The notes under the pieces are model-generated. The model was not told the DNA's origin, searched no databases, and saw only the letters and a list, made by a program, of their open reading frames with translations. Shown here one piece after another: positions 18,907 through 29,680 of a DNA stretch of 64,000 nucleotides. A program made the position numbers and the translations under genes. Source of the DNA: an uncultured delta proteobacterium (GTDB lineage: Bacteria > Desulfobacterota > Syntrophorhabdia > Syntrophorhabdales > WCHB1-27); the NCBI GenBank assembly GCA_963810935.1, contig CAWEPK010000007.1, forward strand, positions 224,001-288,000. The letters are read 5' to 3'. Positions within the stretch are counted from its first letter, which is position 1; each line of letters starts with the position of its first letter.

Positions 18907-19533
18907 ATGGCACCCAGGACAACCCCTACCAGGGACAAAATGCTTGCTTTCCTGCAGGAACATCGCCTCCAGCACGGCTACGCGCCCACTATGCGCGAGA
19001 TTGCGCGGGCGTGCGGGGTGAAGAGCCTTTCTGCCGTCCAGTTCCACCTAGACAGGCTGGAGCGGGACGGGATCATAAAGAGGGACAGGGAAAAGTCGCG
19101 TTGCATCGCCCTTTCTGAACAGGTTGGGGAACACGAGGCAATACCCGTGCTGGGCGCAATCGCGGCAGGCAGTCCCGTGGCTGTGCCTGACGCCGATACG
19201 CGGCGTACTGCCGGGGAGTGGCTGGACGTGCCGCTGGCAGTCACGCAGGGGAAGAAAGACGTCTACGCGCTGCGCGTGCGCGGCAACTCGATGGTCGACG
19301 CCCTCATCGGCGACGGCGACATAGTGATCATGCAGGCGGGCGAAGAAGTGCGCAGCGGCGACGTGGCCGCCTGCTGGCTCAAAAACCAGCAGGAAGTAAC
19401 GCTAAAGAAGATCTACTTCGAAGGCGAGCGCGTCCGGCTCCAGCCCTGCAACCCTTACATGATGCCGATTTACGAAGCTGCGGACAACGTCGAGGTGCAG
19501 GGGAAGCTCGTCGGCGTGATGCGCAAGGTGTAA
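18907..19533 (+). CDS. lexA: LexA repressor
   Basis: PTMREI wHTH, IAAG cleavage site, VRGNSM (Ser), VTLKK (Lys). Confidence 0.95.
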   Translation: MAPRTTPTRDKMLAFLQEHRLQHGYAPTMREIARACGVKSLSAVQFHLDRLERDGIIKRDREKSRCIALSEQVGEHEAIPVLGAIAAGSPVAVPDADTRRTAGEWLDVPLAVTQGKKDVYALRVRGNSMVDALIGDGDIVIMQAGEEVRSGDVAACWLKNQQEVTLKKIYFEGERVRLQPCNPYMMPIYEAADNVEVQGKLVGVMRKV

Positions 19534-19556
19534 GCCGTAGAACATCCTTGATAGCC

Positions 19557-19600
19557 AAAAAGCCCGTCGGGGCCACGGTTTGCGCGGCCCCGACGGGTGT
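19557..19600. terminator. Hairpin terminator between convergent genes
   Basis: aaaaagcccgtcggggcc...ggccccgacgggt. Confidence 0.6.
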
Positions 19601-19636
19601 GCGTTTTCCCCTTCCCCTTTTTCCATACAGCTTTCG

Positions 19637-20035
19637 TTAATGCTTGATAGCCGACAGGAAGTTTTGCAGGTTGATCCCTCCCGTGACCGACGAGTTGATC
19701 AGTATCGTGATGTTGATGGGCATCTGAACGGTGGAATTGACTGCGTTCACAACGCCCAGCCCGCTCTGGCTGCTGCCGGAGAGCATGATGGAGTTTTTGA
19801 ACGTCATGTCGCTGGCGTTGAACGTGTACGTGTTCGATCCGCCTGAAGTCGAGCCCGTGCCCCAGAAGTTCCCCGACATAAGCGAGTTGGCGTCGAAAAA
19901 GAAATCGAGGCCCCGCGCGTGGACGCCGTCCAGCTCTGTGTCGCTCACCGCCTGCAGGCCCTTCGCGAACGATGGGCTTGCGGCGACGAGGAAGACGAAC
20001 GCCATAATGAATGCGAGATATTTTACCTTACCCAT
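19637..20035 (-). CDS. Secreted small Fap-like protein with a single repeat
   Basis: Signal peptide, VSDTELDGVHARG motif, NSIMLSGSSQSGLGVVNAVNS repeat unit. Confidence 0.75.
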   Translation of the reverse strand: MGKVKYLAFIMAFVFLVAASPSFAKGLQAVSDTELDGVHARGLDFFFDANSLMSGNFWGTGSTSGGSNTYTFNASDMTFKNSIMLSGSSQSGLGVVNAVNSTVQMPINITILINSSVTGGINLQNFLSAIKH

Positions 20036-20146
20036 TGTCTCCTCCTTGTAAAGACTTTATTCACCCCGGCGCCGGCCATCCGCCCGTGCCCGAGGCATGA
20101 GGATTGAGGGGCTTAACTACGCCCCTCAATCCATCCCCCTATACCC

Positions 20147-23100
20147 CTACCAAGCCTTCTGGAAGTTCGTCTGGTAGATCGCTCCGCCCCTCGCGTTGTA
20201 TATGGTTGCGATGTTCTGCCCGACGTTGACCGCCGACCCTACAGCGTTCAGGATGATCATGCCGGACGTATTCGACTGCGAGCCGTCCAGGACGATCGAA
20301 GAGCTGTTGTTCTGCCCGCCTGACGATCCCATATAGCTGTTAGACTGGTCCGCTTTGCTCTTTGCATAAGCGTACTGAACGTTGACCTGGTGGATATCGA
20401 CGTCCGCCCCGCAGGCTTCGATGATGTTCTGACCCACGTTGACGGCCGACATGGCTGCGTTCACTACGGACAGTGCCGATAACCCGTTCTGCGAGTTGAT
20501 AAGGTCTATGGAGCCGTTGTTGGCAGTCTGGGACATCGTTTTTCCGGACTTCACCTGCTGGTCCGCATAGACGTCGGCTGCTGCGACCTGCAGGTTCGCC
20601 TGTAGCACGTTTATATGGCTTCCCGCCTGGACCGTGGCTATGTTCTGGCCGATGTTGCCCGCCGACCCCGCCAGGTTCGCGATGGATTCCGCAGACGCGT
20701 AATCCTGCGAGCCGACCATCTGTATGGAGGCGTTGTTCGCCGTCGCCTTGTCCGTGTCGCCGTTCATGATCGACTGTGTGTAAGTGCCCAGGACGCCTGA
20801 TGCCTGCGCGTTCGCCTGGATGAAGCCCGCGTTCATGGTCGCGGTTACGTCTGCTACGTTCTGGCCGACGTTGGCCGCGGAGCCTGCCGCGTTAAGGATG
20901 GAGAGTGCGCTCGTGACGCTCTGGGAGTCGATAAGCTGGATCGAGGCGTTGTTGCTCGCCTGCTTCATTACGCCTTTGCTGCCGACTTCCTGCGTTACGG
21001 CGGTGTCGAGTCCGGCGCCCTGGAGGTTCGCCTGGACAAAGTAAACGTTTTTCCCGTCCGCCGTGGCGATGTTCTGCCCTATGTTGCCGGCGGTGGCGGC
21101 CATGTTAGCAAAAGAGATCCCCTTCCCGTCGTTCTGTGAATCGACGGCCTGCACGGAGCCGTTGTTATTGGCCTGCTGCATCACGCCGTAGCTCATCACC
21201 GTCTGGAGGACCGGCGCCGCTTCGAGCGCGACCTGCACGTTGGCCTGCGCGAACGCTACAAGCGCGGACTGCATTTTGTCCACTCCCTCGACGTTCGCTA
21301 TGTTCTGGCCGATGTTAGCCGCAGAACCCGCGATGTTGGCCAGGGAATCGGCATCAACGTAGTTCTGCGAGCCGCCGCCCAGGAGCTGCACCGATCCGTT
21401 GTTGTTAGCCTGCTTCGTGGCCATGCCGCTCGCCACTGTCTGGGCCGACCCGTTGTAGGAGGCCGCGAGCTGGAGGTTGAGCTGGAGGAAAGCTGCCGCT
21501 TCGGCCACTTCCACGCTCGCCATGTTCTGCCCTACGTTCGCCGCCGAAGAGGCTACGTTTGCCACTGAAAGTGCCTGGACGTGGTTCTGGGAGTCATCGA
21601 GCCGGACGGAAGCGTTGTTATTCACCTGTTCTGTTGCACTGCCGCTCACGACTGTCTGTGAGAAGCCTTCCGTGCTGAGCGCGACCTGGCCGTTCAACTG
21701 GGTAAAGATGGCCCCTAAGGCCTCGACGTTCGCTATGTTCTGGCCGATGTTGCCCGCCGAGCCCGCGATGTTGGCCAGGGAATCGGCATCAACGTAGTTC
21801 TGCGAGCCGCCGCCCAGGATCTGGAGGGACCCGTTGTTATTGGCCTGTCCCGTCACGCCGTACCCGGTCACGAACTGTACGCCCGTCGCCTCCGTAGAGG
21901 CAGTCTGGAGGTTGGCCTGCGCGAACCCGGCCAGGCCGGCCACCACGCTCGCGACGTTCTGACCGAGGTTGACGGAAGAGAGGGCCGCGTCGAGTATCGA
22001 GACGCCGCTTGCGATGTTCTGGCTGTCGATCATGTAGACCGAGCCGTTGTTGTTCGTCTGGCTGGTCGCGTTCATATTATCCACGTACTGGACTGCGGTG
22101 CTGTCCACTCCGGTCTTCTGGAGGTTGGTCTGGAGGAAACTCGTGCTCAGCGCGGCGACGTCGATGATGTTCTGCCCGATGTTGGCCGCGGCGCCCGCCA
22201 GGTTGGCAATGCTCATCGCGCTCGCGTTGCCTTGCGAACCGGAGAGCCATACGGAGTCGTAATTGTTGTTGGAGTAAGAAGAGTCGCCCGGTCTTCTTTC
22301 GCCCGGCACCAGGCCGTCGACTGCGACTACCTTGTCGCTCTGCAAGTTCTTCTGCGTGGCATAGGCCACCTTTGTGGTGGTGATGCTCGCGATGTTCTGG
22401 CCGATATTGGCCTGCGTCTCAGCCGCATTCAGGATCGACAGGCCGGTCGCGGCGTTCTGGGCGCCTGCGAGCTGCACCGACTCGGCGTTGTTGTTCTGGT
22501 GGTCGGTCATGCCCTTGTTTTCGACCGTCTGCCCGTAAGTAATCTCCGTTGCGTCGATCTGCGCGGATTGCTTGTTCGTCTGCTTGACGTTCGTATCGCC
22601 CATGCTTGTCACGTCGGCCACGTTCTGCCCCACGTTGACCGCCGACGCTGCGGCGTTGACGAGGGAGTCGGCGGAGACGGCGTTCTGGGCGTCCCATATC
22701 TGGACGGAGCCGTCGTTGTTGAACTGGTTGCTCGTCTTCCCGTAGTTGGTCACGTACTGGGAGGCATCCGCTTCAGAAAAGGCGGTCTGCCTGTTCAACT
22801 GCGTCACGTCGAAAGGCCCGTTCTTGACGGAGGCGATGTTCTGCCCGACGTTGACGGCAGACTGCGCGGCGTTCGTCATGGCGATGGCGTTCACGCTGTT
22901 CTGAGCGCCGTCATACACCTGGACGGACCCGGCGTTGTTGATCTGGCCGGCTACGCCCTTCTTGTTCTCGACCGTCTGGTACACGTCGCCGGAGTTGTTT
23001 GCGGTCTGCACGTTTTTCTGATTGACGCTTATGTACGCCTTGTCCCCGCCGCCCGTTATCGAGGCGACGTTCTGCCCGACGTTGACGGCAGACAGCGCGG

Positions 23101-24478
23101 CGTCGACCAGCGCTATAGACGAGGCGCCTTCCTGTGCGTTATCCGCAGCCATGACGGAGGCGTTGGAGTTGGCCTGGTTCGTGACCATGCCGTAATTGGT
23201 GACTTTCTGCGTGTTGCCCGTGATTATCGGGTCGTCGAAAACGCCGTTGTTCGCCGTCTGATAATTCTTCTGGTTGAAGGAGAACTTGCCGCGTTCCATC
23301 ATGCCGGACATATCTGCGGAGGCGATGTTCTGCCCCACGTTGACAGCCGAGTTGGCGGTGTTCGTCAGGGCGTCCGTCTTCGAGTAAGACTGCGCCGAAT
23401 CGCCGATGGCGACAGCGGTGCTGAAGTTGCTCTGACCCGTGACGGCGTACTTGTTCTTCACCGTCTGCTCAGTCGCGGCGAAATTGGTTGCATCCTGGCT
23501 ATTGTTCTGGCTCGCCTTGAGGTCGTACGCCGTAGAGGAGATGAAGTTCTGGCCGATATTAACCGCTGAAAGGGCCGCGTTGGCGATAGCAAGGCCGCTG
23601 GCCTCATTCTGCGCGGTATCGCCGGCAACTACCGAGCCGTTGTTACTTGCCTGGCCGGCGACTGTCCCGTAGTTCTTGACGTACTGTACGGCCGACGCGT
23701 CGCTTGTCGCTTCCTGGGAATTGACCTGCTGGACGTAGATGCCGTCAGCCTTGCCCAGGGAGGCCAGCGTCTGCCCGATATTAAGCGCCGAGGCTGCCAC
23801 GTTCCCGAGCGCCAATGCCGAGATATTCGACTGGGCCGAGCCGCCCAGGTCGACCGACCCGTTGTTGTTGGCCTGGCTCATGACCCACATCTTGTTTGTA
23901 ACTTTCTGCTCGGCCGCGCCTGTGAACGTGCCGACCTGGGAGTTGTTCTGGCGGAGGTCGACGTCGGATGACATATCTCCCACGCTCGCGATCTGCTGGG
24001 AGATATCGGCTGCTGCGTACCCGGAGTTGAGCATCTGGAATGCTGAGGCCCCCGACTGCGCGCTCCCGCCCAATACCACCGAGCCCACGTTATTGTACTG
24101 GTTGCCCACGGAGGTGTGGTTTGTCTGGGAGACGAAGAGCGGCATCGCACTATTCGTCGCGCTCTCGGTCGTGTCTGAATAGGAGCTGAAGTGCGTCACG
24201 CTTTCGAGATCGACGATGTTCTGGTGGATGTTCATGTTATCCATGACCACGTTGTAGACAGTCATGGCGGAGGAGCCTGATTGGGCCGTCCCTCCGAGTT
24301 GCACGGCATTGAAATTGTTGTATTCCGCTGAAATCCCCGGTGTAACCGTTTCGAAGCCCTTTGCGCTGACTGTCCCGAGGTCTTCGTCGGTCATCACGCT
24401 GACGCCCGCTGACGCGGTGAAGAATGGCGCGACGACGAGAAGAGACGATAACACGAACCGAAAAACGGACCGTTTCAT
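20147..24478 (-). CDS. Giant secreted Asn/Gln/Ala/Ser-rich repeat protein, Fap-amyloid-like
   Basis: Signal peptide, MTDEDLGTVSAKG, ~19 repeats of ~73 aa with QxNNNGSVxL..SQ..AS..S..N.A.SA.N(V/I)GQN(I/V)A. Confidence 0.85.
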   Translation of the reverse strand: MKRSVFRFVLSSLLVVAPFFTASAGVSVMTDEDLGTVSAKGFETVTPGISAEYNNFNAVQLGGTAQSGSSAMTVYNVVMDNMNIHQNIVDLESVTHFSSYSDTTESATNSAMPLFVSQTNHTSVGNQYNNVGSVVLGGSAQSGASAFQMLNSGYAAADISQQIASVGDMSSDVDLRQNNSQVGTFTGAAEQKVTNKMWVMSQANNNGSVDLGGSAQSNISALALGNVAASALNIGQTLASLGKADGIYVQQVNSQEATSDASAVQYVKNYGTVAGQASNNGSVVAGDTAQNEASGLAIANAALSAVNIGQNFISSTAYDLKASQNNSQDATNFAATEQTVKNKYAVTGQSNFSTAVAIGDSAQSYSKTDALTNTANSAVNVGQNIASADMSGMMERGKFSFNQKNYQTANNGVFDDPIITGNTQKVTNYGMVTNQANSNASVMAADNAQEGASSIALVDAALSAVNVGQNVASITGGGDKAYISVNQKNVQTANNSGDVYQTVENKKGVAGQINNAGSVQVYDGAQNSVNAIAMTNAAQSAVNVGQNIASVKNGPFDVTQLNRQTAFSEADASQYVTNYGKTSNQFNNDGSVQIWDAQNAVSADSLVNAAASAVNVGQNVADVTSMGDTNVKQTNKQSAQIDATEITYGQTVENKGMTDHQNNNAESVQLAGAQNAATGLSILNAAETQANIGQNIASITTTKVAYATQKNLQSDKVVAVDGLVPGERRPGDSSYSNNNYDSVWLSGSQGNASAMSIANLAGAAANIGQNIIDVAALSTSFLQTNLQKTGVDSTAVQYVDNMNATSQTNNNGSVYMIDSQNIASGVSILDAALSSVNLGQNVASVVAGLAGFAQANLQTASTEATGVQFVTGYGVTGQANNNGSLQILGGGSQNYVDADSLANIAGSAGNIGQNIANVEALGAIFTQLNGQVALSTEGFSQTVVSGSATEQVNNNASVRLDDSQNHVQALSVANVASSAANVGQNMASVEVAEAAAFLQLNLQLAASYNGSAQTVASGMATKQANNNGSVQLLGGGSQNYVDADSLANIAGSAANIGQNIANVEGVDKMQSALVAFAQANVQVALEAAPVLQTVMSYGVMQQANNNGSVQAVDSQNDGKGISFANMAATAGNIGQNIATADGKNVYFVQANLQGAGLDTAVTQEVGSKGVMKQASNNASIQLIDSQSVTSALSILNAAGSAANVGQNVADVTATMNAGFIQANAQASGVLGTYTQSIMNGDTDKATANNASIQMVGSQDYASAESIANLAGSAGNIGQNIATVQAGSHINVLQANLQVAAADVYADQQVKSGKTMSQTANNGSIDLINSQNGLSALSVVNAAMSAVNVGQNIIEACGADVDIHQVNVQYAYAKSKADQSNSYMGSSGGQNNSSSIVLDGSQSNTSGMIILNAVGSAVNVGQNIATIYNARGGAIYQTNFQKAW

Positions 24479-24559
24479 AATTCCTCCTTTCTCTGATTTT
24501 TTGTTCGATCCTCAGCATTTTAGGCTGTTACTCCTCCCCTGCAATGCGTTTTCTTAATA

Positions 24560-24889
24560 TCACCTCCCTTGTCTTTCTTCGTTTTTGATGCTGATCGAAA
24601 TCGACATGTGCCTGGCTGCGCCCATCGGCCCCTCGTCCCAGAGGATTATCCTGCCGGGGTTCGCCCTGCGGGCAACAATGAGGTCTGCGGGGCTTGCCGC
24701 AATCCCTTTCGCGAATACTGCGTCCATCTCTTTCTGGCTGAGGAGCCGGAAAGAACCGTGTTTCGGCGCAGGTTTTTCCTCGCCTGGCGATGCTTGCGCC
24801 TGTGCAAAGAGCAGGGCAGGGGCCAGGAGAAAAAGGCAGATGAAGAGCAAATAAAACAGGCGGCTGTGACGTGCGTTACCCCCCATAAG
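24560..24889 (-). CDS. Secreted hypothetical protein, first gene of the Fap-like operon
   Basis: Signal peptide; LSQKEMDAVFAKG motif shared with the two downstream genes. Confidence 0.65.
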   Translation of the reverse strand, partial: LMGGNARHSRLFYLLFICLFLLAPALLFAQAQASPGEEKPAPKHGSFRLLSQKEMDAVFAKGIAASPADLIVARRANPGRIILWDEGPMGAARHMSISISIKNEERQGR

Positions 24890-25060
24890 GCACCCCTTTC
24901 TTGTTAGAGGTCTCCACAATTACCGGGGCTAGCGTCGCCCCCTCCACGAACAAAGTCCGTCGGGGTACCCGCTTTAGCGGGTCGTCCCCCTCAATGACTC
25001 GCTTCGCTCGTTGTCCTGAATACCCTGCCGGCTGCAGCAGGGTCACTTACTAAGGCTGTG

Positions 25061-25076
25061 AGCAAGGGCTGTGCCA
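25061..25076 (-). promoter_or_regulatory. sigma54 -24/-12 promoter of the Fap-like operon
   Basis: TGGCACAGCCCTTGCT on the minus strand. Confidence 0.75.
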
Positions 25077-25309
25077 AATCTAACTATCTGAAATGACGGG
25101 ATATTGTGTTACAGTGTAAGGCCATGAGATGTAAAATAAACAGGACAGATGTAAAGTCGGAATCAACGTTAGAGGCGAGACTGGTTAAACCTATTTTACT
25201 CTTTCAGACAGACAAAGACGGGGGTGTAAAAACCGGTGCGCCGTTATATAAGGCGCGTCAGTTTTTACACCCCCGTGGTAAGGAGGAGATGGCCGGTAAA
25301 GGCCGTGGG

Positions 25310-25663
25310 TTACTTGCCCGATTTCTTTATTACGTCGCCGCACACCTGGTAGAGGATCTTTTCTTTACCGAGGACCTGCCAGGCCACCTTTACGTTCACG
25401 AGCCCGTCATTCTGCTTCGCGAACTGCTTGCGGGCCTTCCCGATGCTGTCCGTCAGCACGTTGTTCATGAGCTGGGAGACGTCCTTCTCTTGTTTCGGGT
25501 AGCCGAGGGTATAGACGAAGCACGTGTTGTCAACGACCTTATAGGTCGCTATCCCGCCCGTCCCGAAAGAGACGACGAAATCGTTATCCGCCGCCGGGGC
25601 CGCGCAGGGCGCTGCCGCAAAGATCAGTAACAGGGCTGCCAGCATTGCAAGTCTGCTCGTCAT
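25310..25663 (-). CDS. Secreted hypothetical protein (117 aa)
   Basis: Signal peptide, AGGAG RBS, two Cys. Confidence 0.75.
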   Translation of the reverse strand: MTSRLAMLAALLLIFAAAPCAAPAADNDFVVSFGTGGIATYKVVDNTCFVYTLGYPKQEKDVSQLMNNVLTDSIGKARKQFAKQNDGLVNVKVAWQVLGKEKILYQVCGDVIKKSGK

Positions 25664-25739
25664 GTCTCATCTCCTGTGTTTTTATTGAAGGGGCCGGGCT
25701 GGGACGGCGTTTGCCGACGGCCGCTTGAAGGATCAGGAA

Positions 25740-25755
25740 AGCAATAGGCGTGCCA
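25740..25755 (-). promoter_or_regulatory. sigma54 promoter
   Basis: TGGCACGCCTATTGCT. Confidence 0.75.
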
Positions 25756-26079
25756 TTGTGTAACTAATTGATATTACTGGGGACGTATGGAGACAGGGCC
25801 AAGTGTAATGTAAATGAAACGGACAGTGTATAGGAGGGTGGAGCACGGAAACCAGCGCCGGCAGCGGGAATGCGGGCGCAATGGGGCGTGCATGAGCGGC
25901 GGATGGACATGTAAAGGAAGCGGTCAGGTGTGAAATAGGCGCAAAGCAGCGGGGGTTTTGGAGGGATGGGGTGGGTGAGAGTGTAAAGAAAGCGGGCACG
26001 TGCAATGATCGATCGACGTGCTGATTTGCCATCCACTTACACGGTACAGCGGTACAGCTCTTGACATACTTATCACCGG

Positions 26080-26448
26080 GTGATAACGTTAAGTGTGACG
26101 ACTGATTTGCCTGACAGTGATTACGAGCTTCGCTTCTTACTGGATCTGGATGGGATAACTTATCATATGTCAGGAGGATATTGGGTCAAATTTGATGTTT
26201 GGATGGTCGAACCAACCAGAGAAGTCCCGCACGGGGTAAGGTATTCGCTGACTCTGCATGACAGGAACAATTTGAGAGTTGTCGGATACGATAATGCCCA
26301 CGGGGGACTACCAGGAAAAGGCAGATACCAGGCGCGTAAATCGACATGGGATCATGTTCATAAACAAGACCGAATTTATCCCTATGAATTTGATTCCGCA
26401 GCGCAATTGCTGGAAGATTTCTGGAATACGGTTGAAGAATATGTCTAG
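26080..26448 (+). CDS. TumE/DUF6516-family toxin-like protein
   Basis: PHGVRYSLTLHD...RVVGYDNAH...WDHVH...YEF..AAQLLEDFW. Confidence 0.75.
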   Translation: MITLSVTTDLPDSDYELRFLLDLDGITYHMSGGYWVKFDVWMVEPTREVPHGVRYSLTLHDRNNLRVVGYDNAHGGLPGKGRYQARKSTWDHVHKQDRIYPYEFDSAAQLLEDFWNTVEEYV

Positions 26449-26467
26449 CCGGGAAAGGAGGTTCTCA

Positions 26468-26825
26468 ATGGTCCGCAAAATGGAAATAGGCATTATGTCG
26501 CGCGATAAGTTTAAGCAATACACGCTGGACATTGCCGGGGGCAAACGAAAACCCCAAAAAGGAGAACCGAAGATATGGTTCGACTCACTGGAGTCGCTGG
26601 CTCAGGTGTTGAGCACTAAGAACAGAGAGCTTCTGAAAATAATCAAAGAACGGACGCCCGGCTCGCTCAAAGAACTCGCAGAGGTTACGGGGCGGACCCC
26701 GGGTAATCTGTCCCGGACATTAAAGAACATGGAACAGTATGGAATTGTCGAGCCTGCGCAAGGAAAAGAAGACCGTTAAACCACTTGTCTGCTTCGATTC
26801 TTTTGAGGCCGAGTTCGGCTATTAA
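26468..26825 (+). CDS. Cognate HTH antitoxin/regulator, apparent frameshift near 26753
   Basis: IWFDSLESLAQVLS..NRELL, SLKELAEVTGR..GNLSRTLK; alternative frame gives RKEKKTVKPLV...*. Confidence 0.75.
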
Positions 26826-27039
26826 AGATTCCTATCCCGCCGTTCCGGTGCAGGCAGGCATGAAAGATTCCTGATGCCATACGTCGAAAAAGAGGAGGGG
26901 CGCCCGCGGGTGTCCGGCGCGGGCGCCCTTTTGAGAGGCATGCAGCTTGGGGAGAGCGTGCAGCCTGTTCGGGGGGTACGTATCTTACATTCCGATCGTA
27001 ATAATCATCTGTCGCTCCATTCCGTAGCGCCGATGGCCA

Positions 27040-28755
27040 TCACGCAGCCATCGAGTCGCCGTCCGGATACGCCGTCATGCCGAACTCCGGGACATCGAGA
27101 CCTTCCTGCTCAACTTCCTTCGATACGCGCATAGGCTTGATCGCGTTCACGATCTTGAAGACGATGAACGTAAAGAGGAACGAATACAGGCAGATCATCG
27201 TGGCGCCGCCGAGCTGCAGGAAGAACTGGGTCGAGTCGCCGTGCAGCAGGCCCGTCACGCCCTGACCGGCCTTTCCGAGGTAGCTCGTCGCGCCGACGCC
27301 GTTCCAACCCGCGCCATACGTGCCGTCGGCGAAAATACCAACGCTGACCGCCCCCAGCCAACCGCAGTAGCCGTGCACGGAGATGGCGCCGCACGGGTCA
27401 TCTACCTTAATAACCCGCTCGTTGAAGAGGACGCCGACGCAGACGAGTATACCTGCAAGGATGCCGATTACTACGGCGCCGTTCGGGCTGACGAAGGCGC
27501 AGGGCGCCGTGATGGCGACAAGGCCCGCGAGCATGCCGTTACACGCCATACTGATATCCGGCTTGCCGAATTTGATGTACCAGAAAATGAGCGCTGTGGC
27601 CGACGCTGCGACGGCCGCGAGGTTGGTATTGACGGCGACGACCGAGATGCGCAGGTCGGACGAGCCGAGGGTGGAGCCGGGGTTGAAGCCCATCCACCCG
27701 AAAAGGAGGATGAAAGTGCCCGTCACGACAAAGGCGATGTTGTGCGCAGGGAAGGCGCGCGGCTTGCCGTCCGGCCCGTACTTGCCGAGGCGCGGGCCGA
27801 GGATGACCGCGAGCGCCATGGCGCAGAAGCCGCCTACCGCGTGTACGACGGTCGAGCCCGCGAAATCGACGTAGCCGTGGGCCAGTCCCATGGTGTTGCC
27901 GAGCTGGGAGAGCCAGCCGCCGCCCCATACCCAGCAGCCGGACATCGGGTAGAGGATGCCGCCGATGAACAGCTCGGCGATGACGAACGCCCAGAAGGTG
28001 ATGCGCTCGCAGATGGCGCCGACGATGATGTAGCCCGCCGTCTCCATGAAGACGACCTGGAAGAGGGTGAGGCACATGCTGCCCGCGTCATAACCCGGTC
28101 CGCTTAAGAAGAAGCCTTTGCCGCCCAAAAACCCCCACAGCCCGCTGCCGAGCAGGAACTTGTCGAGCGTCGGGGTGCCTCCGAGGTTCGCCGGCGCGGC
28201 GTTCACAGCGGCAGCGCCGAACTGGAAGGCGTAGCCGCATACGTAGTAGGCAAGGAATGCGAATACATAAGCCGCAAAGTTAAGCATCATAAGGTGCGCC
28301 GCGTTCTTCCTTCGCACGAGGCCGCAGGTGAGCAATGCAAAGCCTGCCTGCATGAAGAGGACCAGATACCCGGTCAGGAGGGTCCAGCTAAAGTTGCCGC
28401 CGATCCGCACGTGCCCCACGGAATCCGCAAGCTTCATGGCCAGCGGCTCTTTCACGGCCTGTTCCTTGAACTGATCGTACTCTTTCTTCTTATCCGCGTA
28501 GTCCGCGGCCTTCTTGTCGGTCGGCTCCGCGACGACGAACGGGTTGCCGGCCGCGTCGAGTACGTTCGATTTGTCTCCCGTCGCAATGCCTGCCGGGTCG
28601 GGCTTGGGGCCGGGCGGAACACCCGGCGCCGCTGCCGTCTGCTGCGCGGCGCCCTGGCCGGGCGGCTCGTCCGCAGCCGCCGGCAGCGCCAGCAGCGTAA
28701 GGCCGATGACCAATAAAACCGTCAGAACCGGGTATACTCTTTCTCGTAGTCTCAT
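27040..28755 (-). CDS. amtB: Ammonium transporter
   Basis: FMQAGFA, DFAGSTVVH, GWMGFNPGS, DDPCGAISVHG (twin His present). Confidence 0.95.
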   Translation of the reverse strand: MRLRERVYPVLTVLLVIGLTLLALPAAADEPPGQGAAQQTAAAPGVPPGPKPDPAGIATGDKSNVLDAAGNPFVVAEPTDKKAADYADKKKEYDQFKEQAVKEPLAMKLADSVGHVRIGGNFSWTLLTGYLVLFMQAGFALLTCGLVRRKNAAHLMMLNFAAYVFAFLAYYVCGYAFQFGAAAVNAAPANLGGTPTLDKFLLGSGLWGFLGGKGFFLSGPGYDAGSMCLTLFQVVFMETAGYIIVGAICERITFWAFVIAELFIGGILYPMSGCWVWGGGWLSQLGNTMGLAHGYVDFAGSTVVHAVGGFCAMALAVILGPRLGKYGPDGKPRAFPAHNIAFVVTGTFILLFGWMGFNPGSTLGSSDLRISVVAVNTNLAAVAASATALIFWYIKFGKPDISMACNGMLAGLVAITAPCAFVSPNGAVVIGILAGILVCVGVLFNERVIKVDDPCGAISVHGYCGWLGAVSVGIFADGTYGAGWNGVGATSYLGKAGQGVTGLLHGDSTQFFLQLGGATMICLYSFLFTFIVFKIVNAIKPMRVSKEVEQEGLDVPEFGMTAYPDGDSMAA

Positions 28756-28785
28756 TTCAGTATCTCCTCTCATTATGGTTCAACA

Positions 28786-29184
<399 letters not shown>

Positions 29185-29430
29185 TTATAGTCTCCCCCTA
29201 GAGGGGTAAAGATGCCGTTCTTGAGCCGGTCAGGGCGCACCTAGCCTGACAGATGCGGACCGTGCCGTTTTTTTTGCGATGCTCGATTATTGCCGCTTCT
29301 AGGCCCTGATGTACCGGAAAGCGGATGCGCCAGCGCATATTTTAGGGGGGGCCGAACCGCGTCGTCCGGCCCCTGGGAGGAGAGGGCGCCTCACGCAAGA
29401 GTGTGAGTCGCCCCCGCTGATAACTGTAAT

Positions 29431-29446
29431 ATCAATTACCGTGCCA
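29431..29446 (-). promoter_or_regulatory. sigma54 promoter upstream of glnK-amtB
   Basis: TGGCACGGTAATTGAT (one mismatch at -12). Confidence 0.6.
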
Positions 29447-29680
29447 CGGGTCTCGCGAAAAGGATGGCGCGCTTGAAATACGCGCCGTTACAGGAAATTA
29501 GCGATGTCTTCGGTTATTGCGGGCCCATGCCGGGCCAAAAGAGGCGGGATGGGAAAGATACATAAACGTAAGGATCGGGAGCATGGATCATACGTAAATG
29601 TAGACGCTTTGCAGAATGACGCAAGATAGGCAAATGAGAATGCCTCTTACTTGCCGGTCGAAAGAGCACGCGCGAAATGG

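Noticed and set aside
22232..23569. Long antisense ORFs (also 11049-12383, 41489-42685, 45259-46326 and others)
   Set aside because: Shadow frames of GC-rich genes on the opposite strand, with no recognisable motifs
24920..25050. Riboswitch (e.g. c-di-GMP) in the leader of the Fap-like operon
   Set aside because: Hairpins are present but I could not match the GEMM consensus; part resembles an IS200-like end remnant
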